DNA of 64,000 bases. It comes from Flavobacteriales bacterium (GTDB taxonomy: Bacteria > Bacteroidota > Bacteroidia > Flavobacteriales > UBA7430). Both the position numbers and the translations under genes were made by a program. The notes beneath the pieces were generated by a model that searched no databases, was not told where the DNA came from, and saw only the letters and a list, made by a program, of their open reading frames with translations. Position 1 is the stretch's first letter; every line of letters starts with the position of its first letter. Below are positions 37,412 through 47,445 of this stretch, piece by piece. Where the stretch lies: NCBI GenBank assembly GCA_965662265.1, contig CBFIGX010000005.1, positions 79,544 through 143,543 on the forward strand. Reading direction: 5' to 3'.

Positions 37412-38595
37412 GTCATTTCCTTTAGCGAAAAATACGCTAAGGCTGCAGCTCCATTTACTATTGAATCCTTATCTACATCAAAATTTGGGTGATGGACTTC
37501 ATGAACAATCCCTTGTTCTTTATTTCGGACTCCTAATCTAAAAAAGCAAGCTGGAATTTCTTGACTATAATAAGCAAAATCTTCAGCAGTCATACGCTTA
37601 TTAATATCAACGACATTCTCCTTTCCAAAATACGCAATAGCAGAAGTCTTTACACTCTGTGTAAAGTCTACATCATTGAACAGATTAGGGTATCCTTTTT
37701 TAATGTTTAGCTTTCCACGTAATTTTTTTGTCTCCAAAAATTCATCTACAAACATAACCATTTTTTGATGCATCTTAGTACGCCATGTTTCATCCATTGT
37801 TCTAAAAGTACCATCTGCTTGTGCTTTATTAGGCACTATATTAGTTGCGCCATCAGCAATAAGTTTACCGAAAGAAAATACGTAAGGCTTCTTATCATCA
37901 GATTCGGTTTTCACATAATCGCTTAACTTTGGAAGAAGTTCTGCAAGTGCAAGAATAGGGTTGTTATATTCTTTAGTTAAGGCAGCATGACCACCAATTC
38001 CTTCAACAGAAAGATACAATTCATCACAGGCGGCCATGTACGCTCCTGATTTAAACCCTAACTTACCCACTTCTAATGAGGGAAATACATGAAGTGCCAT
38101 TATTTTTTCAACTTCTGGATTCCTAAGAACGCCTTCTTTAATCATTATTGATGCTCCACCAGGTAGCAACTCTTCAGCTGGTTGAAAAATGAGCTTCACT
38201 GTTCCATTAAACATATCTTTTAATTCGTTTAACACTTTAGCTGCGCCTAGCAAACATGTAGTATGAACATCATGCCCGCAAGCATGCATCACACCATCAT
38301 GAAGTGATTTATATGAAACATCATTCATTTCTTGTATGGGTAATGCATCCATATCGGCTCTCAAAGCGATGCACTTTGAGTGAGGATTATTTCCGCTAAT
38401 CGTACCAACAATCCCAGTACCTGCTATACCAGACTGGTATTTTACACCCATTTCATTCAGCTTAGAACAAATAAATGCAGATGTATTGAACTCTTTAAAT
38501 GAAAGTTCAGGATGACGATGTAAATGCTCTCGAATTTCAATTAATTCGGAAGATGAATTCAGGAGTATTTTATGTATATGATCTTTAGTAATCAT
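37408..38595 (-). CDS. M20D-family amidohydrolase (N-acyl-amino acid / hippurate hydrolase-like)
   Basis: HRHPELSFKE..., LRADMDALP, HACGHDVHTTCLLGAAKVL. The start is set at ATG 38595, which forms an ATGA overlap with the upstream SDR stop. Confidence 0.85.
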   Translation of the reverse strand: MITKDHIHKILLNSSSELIEIREHLHRHPELSFKEFNTSAFICSKLNEMGVKYQSGIAGTGIVGTISGNNPHSKCIALRADMDALPIQEMNDVSYKSLHDGVMHACGHDVHTTCLLGAAKVLNELKDMFNGTVKLIFQPAEELLPGGASIMIKEGVLRNPEVEKIMALHVFPSLEVGKLGFKSGAYMAACDELYLSVEGIGGHAALTKEYNNPILALAELLPKLSDYVKTESDDKKPYVFSFGKLIADGATNIVPNKAQADGTFRTMDETWRTKMHQKMVMFVDEFLETKKLRGKLNIKKGYPNLFNDVDFTQSVKTSAIAYFGKENVVDINKRMTAEDFAYYSQEIPACFFRLGVRNKEQGIVHEVHHPNFDVDKDSIVNGAAALAYFSLKEMT

Positions 38596-39428
38596 GATTT
38601 CTTCATGTTTTTGGCTAAGAACCATCGATTTACTATCTCTGGCATAATTCTTAACAAAATGAATAATATCTTAGCTCCAATTCCAGGAATGATAACCGTC
38701 TTTTTAGCTAACATCGAGCCAACAATGTATGATGAAACATCATCTACATGTAAACTTGTCCACCGTCCAATTTTACCACTCTGCTTAATGCGTTTAACAA
38801 CCTGTTTGTTAGTATAAACTCCTGCAGGACACGAAACAGATACATTAATATTATAATGTTTTAACTCCGTGTGGAGTGCCTTAGAAAAAGTATAAACAAA
38901 AGACTTAGAAGCCGTGTATAAAGCCTTATATGGTACAGGACTGTAAACACCTAAACTTGCCATATTTAAAACAAAGGAAGATTTAAATGATTTTAAATCA
39001 GGTAAAAATAGTTTAACCAATTGCAACATGGGAAAAACGTTTAAACGAACTAAGTTTAGATCGAAATCTATGGTACTATCTTGAAACTCGCCAACAGATC
39101 CAACACCTACATTATTAATTAAAATCTGAACTTTATATGAGTTTTTTTTGCAAAAAATAAAGATTTTTTCTGCAGAATACACATTAGTTAAATCGGTTGG
39201 GAAAATCACACACGGAACTGAAAAATTTTCTTCAACGTCTTTTTTTAAGACCAACAGCTCAACTTCTTTGTGCGCAACAGCTATAATAGCAACGCCTCTT
39301 GAGGCCCACTCAAAAACAAGACCTCTACCAATTCCGCTACTAGCGCCAGTAATCAAACAATAACCTCCTAAGTAATCTGGCTTTTTTCTTAGCATCAAAC
39401 TATTTATATTGTTATACGAAAATAGCAT
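38592..39428 (-). CDS. SDR-family oxidoreductase
   Basis: The Rossmann motif is ITGASSGIGRGL and the catalytic motif is YTASKSF (YxxxK). Confidence 0.8.
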   Translation of the reverse strand: MLFSYNNINSLMLRKKPDYLGGYCLITGASSGIGRGLVFEWASRGVAIIAVAHKEVELLVLKKDVEENFSVPCVIFPTDLTNVYSAEKIFIFCKKNSYKVQILINNVGVGSVGEFQDSTIDFDLNLVRLNVFPMLQLVKLFLPDLKSFKSSFVLNMASLGVYSPVPYKALYTASKSFVYTFSKALHTELKHYNINVSVSCPAGVYTNKQVVKRIKQSGKIGRWTSLHVDDVSSYIVGSMLAKKTVIIPGIGAKILFILLRIMPEIVNRWFLAKNMKKS

Positions 39429-39480
39429 TTTAATTGTATAAAAAAATTACTTTCGCTAATAAGAATACAACGCCATTACT

Positions 39481-40119
39481 ATGATTAATATCGAGAGTTT
39501 TACTTTCAACCCATTTCAAGAAAATACATACATTGCATATGATGAAAGCTTAGAGTGTGTAATTGTTGATCCGGGATGTTATGATGATCATGAAAAAGAT
39601 ATATTGGAATCGTTTATTACATCCAAAAACCTAAAACCAGTAGCACTGATCAACACACATTGTCACTTAGATCATATTTTTGGCAATCATTTCATAGCTG
39701 AAAAATACAAGCTTACTCCTATAATGCATAAATTAGACTTACCCATGTTAAATTATGCACCTGAGGCTGCAAGACACTATGGTGTTCAATTGGAAAAAGG
39801 TTCATATGAGCCTCAATTTATCGAAGAAGGTGAGCAAATTCATTTTGGAAACTCTGTATTTGATGTGCTATTTACGCCAGGGCATTCTCCAGGACATATT
39901 TGTCTTTTAAATGAAAATGAAAAGATACTATTGTCAGCTGATGTATTATTTCACCTAAGCATTGGCCGAACAGATTTACCAATGGGGGATCATGAAACAT
40001 TAATAAATTCTATTAAAACAAAACTATTGTGTTTAGATAAGGAGGTTAAAGTATTTCCTGGACACGGGCCAATCACCTATGTCGGTTTTGAGAAAACCAA
40101 TAACCCATTTCTCAAATAG
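39481..40119 (+). CDS. MBL-fold metallo-hydrolase (glyoxalase II-like)
   Basis: THCHLDHIFGN (HxHxDH), TPGHSPGH, and a final HGP. Confidence 0.85.
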   Translation: MINIESFTFNPFQENTYIAYDESLECVIVDPGCYDDHEKDILESFITSKNLKPVALINTHCHLDHIFGNHFIAEKYKLTPIMHKLDLPMLNYAPEAARHYGVQLEKGSYEPQFIEEGEQIHFGNSVFDVLFTPGHSPGHICLLNENEKILLSADVLFHLSIGRTDLPMGDHETLINSIKTKLLCLDKEVKVFPGHGPITYVGFEKTNNPFLK

Positions 40120-40197
40120 AGTCTGTACTTTTTTATCTTAGAAGAGTTCTAAATACATACGATTTATTATTTTTGAATACTTTTTAAATTTCTAATT

Positions 40198-40785
40198 ATG
40201 AGAAATATTATTATAATACTAGGATGTTTGTTAGCCCTTACTACATTGCACTCTTGTGAAGAGGAAATTTATGGTTGTACAAATATTTCTGCAATCAATT
40301 ATGATGAAGATGCCAATATTGACGACGGCTCATGCGAGTACAACAACATTTCTATACTAGGGACTTGGGAAATTTTAACTGTTGAACAAAGCTATGAAGT
40401 GAATGAAACAATGGTTGATGAGTATAAAGGATACCTAGAACTGATGGGCTATGAAGCCTTTCTAGAAATATACGGCAGCCTTCCAATAAGCTACTCAGAC
40501 TGGGTAAATCTAGTAGTCATTCAAACCACAAATATTGATACTTTATCAAGCTCTTACTATAATTTTACTGAAACTCAAATTACAATTCCAGGACTTGGAT
40601 CCAATGCCATGGATTATGAATTTATCGATCAAAGTGAAATTGAATTAACTAATAATGCCGACATTCTTGGATTTACTAAATTTGACCTTGCCTTACTAAC
40701 TGAATCCGATTTAATTCTTGCATCTAAAAAATATATTAGTGTATACAACACGAATCAAAAGCTGACTATTCACTTAAAAAGATAA
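40198..40785 (+). CDS. Hypothetical lipoprotein
   Basis: The lipobox is LHSC. It is followed by the short CTNISAINYDEDANIDDGSCEY motif common in flavobacterial surface proteins. Confidence 0.5.
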   Translation: MRNIIIILGCLLALTTLHSCEEEIYGCTNISAINYDEDANIDDGSCEYNNISILGTWEILTVEQSYEVNETMVDEYKGYLELMGYEAFLEIYGSLPISYSDWVNLVVIQTTNIDTLSSSYYNFTETQITIPGLGSNAMDYEFIDQSEIELTNNADILGFTKFDLALLTESDLILASKKYISVYNTNQKLTIHLKR

Positions 40786-40902
40786 TGCGAGCAGCGAAAA
40801 GTTAAGGCAATCATTTTAGAATATTTTAATACTGAGAAACACCTATTATTTAGTAAGAGAAATGTTCTAAATTCCCAAGAAAAAGGAATAGAATGACTCT
40901 AT

Positions 40903-42246
40903 TTAGTTCAATAGACTGAGCATAAATTCTTCAATTTCTTTAGAATCCCATTTTTGCTCTATGTTGTCTATAGCCATAACTTGCTTCATTAACTCCTCCT
41001 GCCTCAAACCTTCGTTCCATGCATCTATATATGCAAAATCTGAAAAGGTAACCATTGAATACAAAGGCAACCATTTGTTAGGATGACGTGTTGAAAAATG
41101 GTGTTCTATCTTTTTTTGCAACAAAAATTTAGGATCTGCAGTTTTATCTCTCATCACAATAAAGTTATGTAAGGATAGATCCTGAACAGCATCACCGTTA
41201 GGCTTTCTTTGATCCTGATATGTTTTTAAACAAGTTAACCAGTCATCTCCGTATTTATCCATAATTTTATTAAACTCATAACAGTCTTCAAAACCTGAAT
41301 TCATTCCTTGTCCATAAAAAGGAACAGTGGCATGAGACGAGTCACCAATTAACATAATCTTATCTTCATAAACCCATGGGAAGCAGCGAATTATACCCAA
41401 AGAAGATGTTTTGTTTTCATGATATTCTTTAAGTAAATCGGGCATCAAAGGCACAATGTCAGGAAACATCATATTAAAGAAATTAAGAATATCGGCATCA
41501 GTTTTCAGACTTTCAAATGAATACTCTCCTTCAAAAGGAAAAAATAGTGTGCAAGTGAAACTCCCATCTAAATTAGGAAGTGCTATAAGCATATAATTAC
41601 CGCGAGGCCATATGTGCAAAGCTTCAGTTTCTAGTTTATGAGATCCATCATCATTTGCAGGAATTTCTAATTCCTTGTAACCATGAGGAATATATCTTTG
41701 CTCGTAATTAAACCTATCTTGACGTTGCATTTGTGAACGAACAGATGAAAAGAAACCATCGGCGCCTACTATAAGATCTGATTTTACCTCTTTTACTTGA
41801 TTGGTATGGGTATTCTTGAATTTAGCAATAGCCTTATCTAGATCTACATGTGTACATTTTTCATTAAAATGAAATCTAACATTTGATTCTTCTTCAGCTA
41901 GATTCATTAGTAGTTCATTGAGACCCCCACGTGATACAGAATAAATAGCCTCTCCTTTTTTGCCGTAATTTTGTTCAGTTAAAGTACCATCTGTGGCATG
42001 CATAACTCTCTTGTACATAGGAATAGCTGTTTTACGAACTTCATCAGCAATACCAACAGTTTCTAATGCTTTCCACCCACGTGTTGATAAGGCTAAATTA
42101 ATAGACCTACCTCCTATAACATCTACTGAACGTCTATCTTCTCTTCTTTCATAAACATCTACTTTGTGTCCTTTTTTTGCTAAATATATAGATAACAAAG
42201 AACCCACTAAACCAGCACCAGCGATACATATATTTTTTTCTTTCAT
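40903..42246 (-). CDS. kmo: Kynurenine 3-monooxygenase (FAD-dependent)
   Basis: ICIAGAGLVGSLLSIYLAKKGHKVDVYERR, GGRSINLALSTRGWKAL, IGDSSHATVPFYGQGMNSGFED. Confidence 0.88.
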   Translation of the reverse strand: MKEKNICIAGAGLVGSLLSIYLAKKGHKVDVYERREDRRSVDVIGGRSINLALSTRGWKALETVGIADEVRKTAIPMYKRVMHATDGTLTEQNYGKKGEAIYSVSRGGLNELLMNLAEEESNVRFHFNEKCTHVDLDKAIAKFKNTHTNQVKEVKSDLIVGADGFFSSVRSQMQRQDRFNYEQRYIPHGYKELEIPANDDGSHKLETEALHIWPRGNYMLIALPNLDGSFTCTLFFPFEGEYSFESLKTDADILNFFNMMFPDIVPLMPDLLKEYHENKTSSLGIIRCFPWVYEDKIMLIGDSSHATVPFYGQGMNSGFEDCYEFNKIMDKYGDDWLTCLKTYQDQRKPNGDAVQDLSLHNFIVMRDKTADPKFLLQKKIEHHFSTRHPNKWLPLYSMVTFSDFAYIDAWNEGLRQEELMKQVMAIDNIEQKWDSKEIEEFMLSLLN

Positions 42247-43514
42247 AAACTAGCTTCTAATTTTAATCCAAATCTATATAAGTCTTCAAATGAATTATAA
42301 AACGGCACAGGCGCCATACGAATCACATTGGGTTCACGCCAATCTGCCACAACACCTAGAGCTGTAAGTTTATCAAATAATTGTCTGCCCTGCCCATGCA
42401 TTAATACAGACAATTGACAACCTCTTTGACTAGGATTTTTAGGAGTTATAATTTCAAAATCACAATTTTCGAATTTTCTAGAAACTTCTTCTAGGATGTA
42501 CTCTAGATAAGATACAAGCATTTCAGATTTATCTCGGAGTTTTACCATACCTACTTCTTCGAAAAGTTCTAAGGATGCTCTATGAGCAGCCATGCCAAGG
42601 ACAGGTGCATTACTAAGCTGCCAACCCTGAGCCCCCGACATAGGTATAAAGCCCTTTTCCATTAAAAATCTTCGAGATTCATCATGACCCCACCATCCAG
42701 CAAAACGAGGAATTTTAGGGTTTTCGCCATGTTTCTCGTGAACAAAAATACCGGATACATTACCAGGTCCAGAATTTAAATACTTATACGAACACCACGC
42801 AGCAAAATCTACCTGCCATTCATTTAAACTTAAAATTATATTTCCTGTACCATGAGCCAAATCGAAGCCAACAAAAGCACCAACTTCATGGGATACTTTG
42901 GTAATTTCTTTCATATCGAAGACTTGGCCAGAATAATAGTTAACACCACCAATAAATACTAAAGCTAAGCTATCACCTAGTTCACGAATCTTTTCAATAA
43001 TATCATGATGTCTAATAAGATGTTCGCCATCTCGTGGTGCTATTTCTACAATAGTATCATCAGGATTATAGCCATGAAATTTGGCTTGCGACTCCATAAC
43101 ATATTGATCTGAAGGAAATGCCTTGGCTTCACATAAAATCTTATGCCTTTCTTGAGTTGGTCTATAAAATGAAGCCCAAAGAAGGTGTAAATTAGTTGTT
43201 AGACCGTTCATTACCACAACCTCAGATTCTTTTGCTCCTACAATTTTTGCTGTTGAAGCACTGAGTGTCTTGTGATAATCAAACCATGGGGTTTTTCCAT
43301 GAAAATGACCTTCTACCCCTAAATTTGCCCAATCTTGTAGCTCTTGATCTATAAATCGTTTTACAGATCTAGGTTGAAGACCTAAAGAATTGCCTGTCAA
43401 ATAAACAGTCTCCTCTTCATTTACTTTAGGTATATAAAATTTAGATCTATAAGTTGACAAGGGATCATTACGATCCATTTTCTTAGCGAAGTCTTGTGAA
43501 TATTGAAATTTCAT
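42243..43514 (-). CDS. kynU: Kynureninase
   Basis: YLTGNSLGLQP..., FAAWCSYKYLNSGPG (PLP lysine region), WWGH. It has a 4-nt overlap with kmo. Confidence 0.9.
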   Translation of the reverse strand: MKFQYSQDFAKKMDRNDPLSTYRSKFYIPKVNEEETVYLTGNSLGLQPRSVKRFIDQELQDWANLGVEGHFHGKTPWFDYHKTLSASTAKIVGAKESEVVVMNGLTTNLHLLWASFYRPTQERHKILCEAKAFPSDQYVMESQAKFHGYNPDDTIVEIAPRDGEHLIRHHDIIEKIRELGDSLALVFIGGVNYYSGQVFDMKEITKVSHEVGAFVGFDLAHGTGNIILSLNEWQVDFAAWCSYKYLNSGPGNVSGIFVHEKHGENPKIPRFAGWWGHDESRRFLMEKGFIPMSGAQGWQLSNAPVLGMAAHRASLELFEEVGMVKLRDKSEMLVSYLEYILEEVSRKFENCDFEIITPKNPSQRGCQLSVLMHGQGRQLFDKLTALGVVADWREPNVIRMAPVPFYNSFEDLYRFGLKLEASL

Positions 43515-43554
43515 TGTGTCAATTTAATCCTAACAAAGCTACGAATATTAGCTC

Positions 43555-44454
43555 TTAGAACAAGAATGTCGATTTGATTTTAGTGATATAAATCATAACT
43601 AAAAGCAGTAAGGGCAAACCTTCGATAATTAATGTGAAAAAACGCTCATTATTTCCTTGTTGTGTTCTGTAAATCATAAATATTGAGGTTTCGTAAACTA
43701 TGTATATGGCTAAAAAAGTATAAAAAGTATGCTGTTGTAAAAACCAATACTGATAAAAACAAAGCAACTCGGCTAGTAAAACAAATACTATAGCTATCCA
43801 CTTAGCTTTGTTTTCACCATATACTATGGGAAGAGTTTGTATTTTTTTTGAATCATAACTTAGATCTCTAATATCAAAAGGTATGGTAATAGCTGCTATA
43901 AAAAATAAGCGTTCAAAAAACATTATGATATTAAAATGATCGTCTACAATTAAAGAAACCAGACCTTCAGTAACAAAAGCCCAAACAAAAGATATTAGAA
44001 ATAACTTTAAAAATGGTATTTCTCTCAACATAAATAAATTGCCATCAAGACGAATTACAGGAATAGCATAAAAGAGAGATATACAGCTTAAGATCAAAAC
44101 CCAAGCAAAAATATGGTGGTAAATAAAATAGAAACCAAATGCTGCGAGTAACAAAGAACCAATAGATAAAACCCAAAGTAGCCACTTATTTTCAAAAATT
44201 TGTTTGTGACGTTCACTGCTAAGAATTAAAAACTGCTTATCAATTCTTATTAATCTGATAAAATTATATACAAAAATTGTTGCTGAAAACACAAAGAGTA
44301 TCAAGGGCCAATTTTGAGTTTTACGAAACATCAAACTGATCTGTGTTAAAGCAGCTACTGAAGTAGCCACATACAAATTGCTAAACACCAAAAAATCAAT
44401 ACCTTTTAAAAGAAGTTTCATCATTTCAAAATTAAATATTTTTTCATGACACAA
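43555..44454 (-). CDS. Polytopic membrane protein, possibly UbiA-type prenyltransferase family
   Basis: It has about 8 predicted TM helices. FDIRDLSYDSKK...TLPIVYGENKAKW resembles the second Asp-rich motif of UbiA-like enzymes. The real start may be M11/M12 (about 44424). Confidence 0.35.
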   Translation of the reverse strand: MCHEKIFNFEMMKLLLKGIDFLVFSNLYVATSVAALTQISLMFRKTQNWPLILFVFSATIFVYNFIRLIRIDKQFLILSSERHKQIFENKWLLWVLSIGSLLLAAFGFYFIYHHIFAWVLILSCISLFYAIPVIRLDGNLFMLREIPFLKLFLISFVWAFVTEGLVSLIVDDHFNIIMFFERLFFIAAITIPFDIRDLSYDSKKIQTLPIVYGENKAKWIAIVFVLLAELLCFYQYWFLQQHTFYTFLAIYIVYETSIFMIYRTQQGNNERFFTLIIEGLPLLLLVMIYITKIKSTFLF

Positions 44455-44519
44455 TAGAACCCAACCAATGAATATTTATTAATTTTGCACTGTTTAAAAA
44501 ACTACTTATTTTAACACAT

Positions 44520-47384
44520 ATGGATACAAACTCATTCTTACTTCGACACCTAGGACCAAGAGCTGAAGATGTAAGCAATATGCTAAGTGAAATTGGACTT
44601 AATAGCCTTGATGAATTAATCAATCAAACTATCCCAAACAACATACAAATCAAAGAAGAGTTACAATTAAACAAAGCACTTTCTGAGCAAGAATATTTGA
44701 CACATATTAAAGAACTCGCACAAAAGAACAAGCAATTCAAAACATATATCGGATTGGGTTATCACAATACGGTACTTCCAAGTGTAATTCAAAGAAATAT
44801 ATTAGAAAACCCTGGTTGGTATACAGCCTATACTCCTTATCAAGCAGAAATCGCTCAAGGCAGATTAGAGGCGTTGTTAAATTTCCAAACAATGGTCTGC
44901 GATTTAACAGGAATGGAATTAGCAAATGCGTCTTTACTAGATGAGTCAACGGCAGCTGCAGAAGCTATGATTATGCTCTTCAATAGCAGATCCAGAAACA
45001 AAAAGAAAGAAGGCGCAAACCAATTTTTTGTATCTGAAAGCTGTTTACCTCAGACCATTAGTTTACTAGAAACTAGATCTCAGCCTTTAAATATAGAGCT
45101 AATTATTGGAGATCATAGCGAATTTTCATTTACCAGTAAAACTTTTGGGGCCATACTCCAATATCCAAGCGCAACAGGTGCCGTATCCAACTATAAAGAG
45201 TTTACAAGTCAAGCTCATGAAAATGATGTTTTTGTTGCCGTAGCTGCCGACTTACTATCTTTAGCTCTTCTAGAATGTCCTGGTTCTTGGGGGGCAGATG
45301 TCGTTGTAGGAACATCTCAAAGATTTGGAATTCCATTGGGTTATGGAGGTCCACATGCAGCATATTTTGCCACTAAAGAATCATTCAAAAGATCTATTCC
45401 TGGTAGAATTATTGGCGTATCTAAAGATTTAGATGGCAAAACAGCTCTCAGAATGGCGCTACAAACAAGAGAGCAACACATTAAAAGAGAAAAAGCCACC
45501 TCTAATATTTGCACTGCTCAGGTGCTTCTTGCTGTTATGGCTGGTATGTATGCGGTATATCACGGGCCAAAAGGTATAACTCATATCGCCAAGCGTATTC
45601 ATAACAAAGCCAATGCTCTTGTCTCAAAAGTTAAAGATTTAGGTTACAAGCAAATTAATCCTCATTACTTTGATACACTACTTATTGATTTGGGTGATGT
45701 GTCTGCCAAAGAAGTCAATAGAATGGCTTTAGAAGCAAAAATTAATTTCTTGTATATTGATGAATCTACACTTGCCATTAGTTTAAATGAAACAACCAAC
45801 ATAGATGATCTAAATGACATTCTATCTATACTAGCATGTGCTAAAAAGAGAGATTTCACAAGAATCATAGAAGTATACGATTCATCATCTATTCCGGACT
45901 CTTTGAGTAGAAAGACTGAGTTCATGTCGCACGAAGTTTTCAATAGCTATCATTCTGAAACCGACATGATGCGTTACATAAAAAAGTTAGAACGTAAAGA
46001 TTTAGCTTTAAACCATTCCATGATCGCATTAGGCTCTTGCACTATGAAGTTGAATGCTGCCTCAGAGATGATTCCTTTGAATGAGAGTAATTTTAACTCG
46101 ATACATCCATTTGTACCACTTAATCAAGCAGAAGGATATCTTGAAATATTTAAAAGTCTTGAAGAAGACCTTTGTAAAATTACCGGTTTTGCCGGAATGT
46201 CTTTACAACCAAACTCTGGTGCTCAAGGTGAATATGCAGGGTTAATGGTTATTCGTGAGTATCATAAGTCAAGAGGGGATCACCAAAGAAATATTGCATT
46301 AATTCCATCATCAGCACATGGTACTAATCCTGCATCAGCAATTATGGCAGGTATGAAAGTTGTTGTGGTAAAATGCGATGATAGAGGAAATATTGATGTA
46401 GATGACTTAAAAGAAAAGGTAGATACTCATTCTAATGAATTAGCTGCATTAATGATAACTTATCCATCGACACATGGCGTTTTTGAAGTATCTATTAAAG
46501 AAATTACATCTCTGATTCATGAAAACGGAGGTCAGGTATACATGGACGGTGCGAATATGAACGCCCAAGTTGGTCTAACTTCACCAGCTAAAATAGGCGC
46601 TGATGTTTGCCACCTTAACCTTCACAAAACGTTTGCAATACCTCATGGAGGAGGTGGGCCTGGTGTAGGGCCTATAGGTGTTGCAAAACAATTGGTCGAA
46701 TTTCTTCCTGGTCATCCTATAATTGACTGTGGTGGTAAAAACAGCATTTCTCCCATTTCAGGAGCACCATGGGGATCATCTCTTGTTCTTTTGATATCTT
46801 ATGCTTACATAAAAATGCTTGGTCCTAAAGGACTTACAGATGCCACAAAATATGCTATTTTGAATGCTAATTACATGAAATCAAAACTAGAAAAGCATTA
46901 TAAAATACTATATACAGGAGAGAATAATAGAGTTGCTCACGAGATGATTATTGAATGTAGAGACTTTAAAGAAAATAGCGGTGTAGATATTACAGACATT
47001 GCTAAACGCCTTATTGACTTTGGGTATCACGCGCCTACAGTTTCTTTCCCAGTTGCAGGCACACTGATGATTGAGCCTACTGAAAGTGAGAGTAAAGCTG
47101 AACTAGACCGGTTTTGTGAAGCTATGATTCATATTAGAAAAGAAATAGATCATATCATTACAGGAGAATACCACAAAGAGGATAACACTCTAAAAAACGC
47201 TCCTCATACACTTGAACAATGTACTAGTGATGAATGGATGTTTAACTACTCCAGACACCAAGCGGCATATCCTTTAGAATGGGTAAGAGACAATAAATTT
47301 TGGCCTGCTGTAAGGCGAATAGACCAAGCATTTGGAGACAGAAACTTAATATGTTCGTGCCCAAACACAGAAAGCTATAGTTAA
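44520..47384 (+). CDS. gcvP: Glycine dehydrogenase (decarboxylating), glycine cleavage system P protein
   Basis: At 954 aa it has the expected length. Blocks are [29 protein letters not shown] and [19 protein letters not shown] (PLP-Lys). Confidence 0.95.
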   Translation: MDTNSFLLRHLGPRAEDVSNMLSEIGLNSLDELINQTIPNNIQIKEELQLNKALSEQEYLTHIKELAQKNKQFKTYIGLGYHNTVLPSVIQRNILENPGWYTAYTPYQAEIAQGRLEALLNFQTMVCDLTGMELANASLLDESTAAAEAMIMLFNSRSRNKKKEGANQFFVSESCLPQTISLLETRSQPLNIELIIGDHSEFSFTSKTFGAILQYPSATGAVSNYKEFTSQAHENDVFVAVAADLLSLALLECPGSWGADVVVGTSQRFGIPLGYGGPHAAYFATKESFKRSIPGRIIGVSKDLDGKTALRMALQTREQHIKREKATSNICTAQVLLAVMAGMYAVYHGPKGITHIAKRIHNKANALVSKVKDLGYKQINPHYFDTLLIDLGDVSAKEVNRMALEAKINFLYIDESTLAISLNETTNIDDLNDILSILACAKKRDFTRIIEVYDSSSIPDSLSRKTEFMSHEVFNSYHSETDMMRYIKKLERKDLALNHSMIALGSCTMKLNAASEMIPLNESNFNSIHPFVPLNQAEGYLEIFKSLEEDLCKITGFAGMSLQPNSGAQGEYAGLMVIREYHKSRGDHQRNIALIPSSAHGTNPASAIMAGMKVVVVKCDDRGNIDVDDLKEKVDTHSNELAALMITYPSTHGVFEVSIKEITSLIHENGGQVYMDGANMNAQVGLTSPAKIGADVCHLNLHKTFAIPHGGGGPGVGPIGVAKQLVEFLPGHPIIDCGGKNSISPISGAPWGSSLVLLISYAYIKMLGPKGLTDATKYAILNANYMKSKLEKHYKILYTGENNRVAHEMIIECRDFKENSGVDITDIAKRLIDFGYHAPTVSFPVAGTLMIEPTESESKAELDRFCEAMIHIRKEIDHIITGEYHKEDNTLKNAPHTLEQCTSDEWMFNYSRHQAAYPLEWVRDNKFWPAVRRIDQAFGDRNLICSCPNTESYS

Positions 47385-47445
47385 TATACTTGTTATTTTT
47401 AATAAGAAAACATACATTTGAACCACTTTTTAACACAAATTTATT

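Noticed and set aside
39434-39470. A possible fourth copy of the TTGTATA...TATACAA element in the SDR / MBL-hydrolase divergent region (ttgtataaaaaaattactttcgctaataagAATACAA).
   Set aside because: The right arm has a mismatch (AATACAA), the half-site offset is 30 bp instead of 25-26 bp, and the flanking TTTT/AAA extensions are not conserved. It does not meet the pattern of the other three copies.
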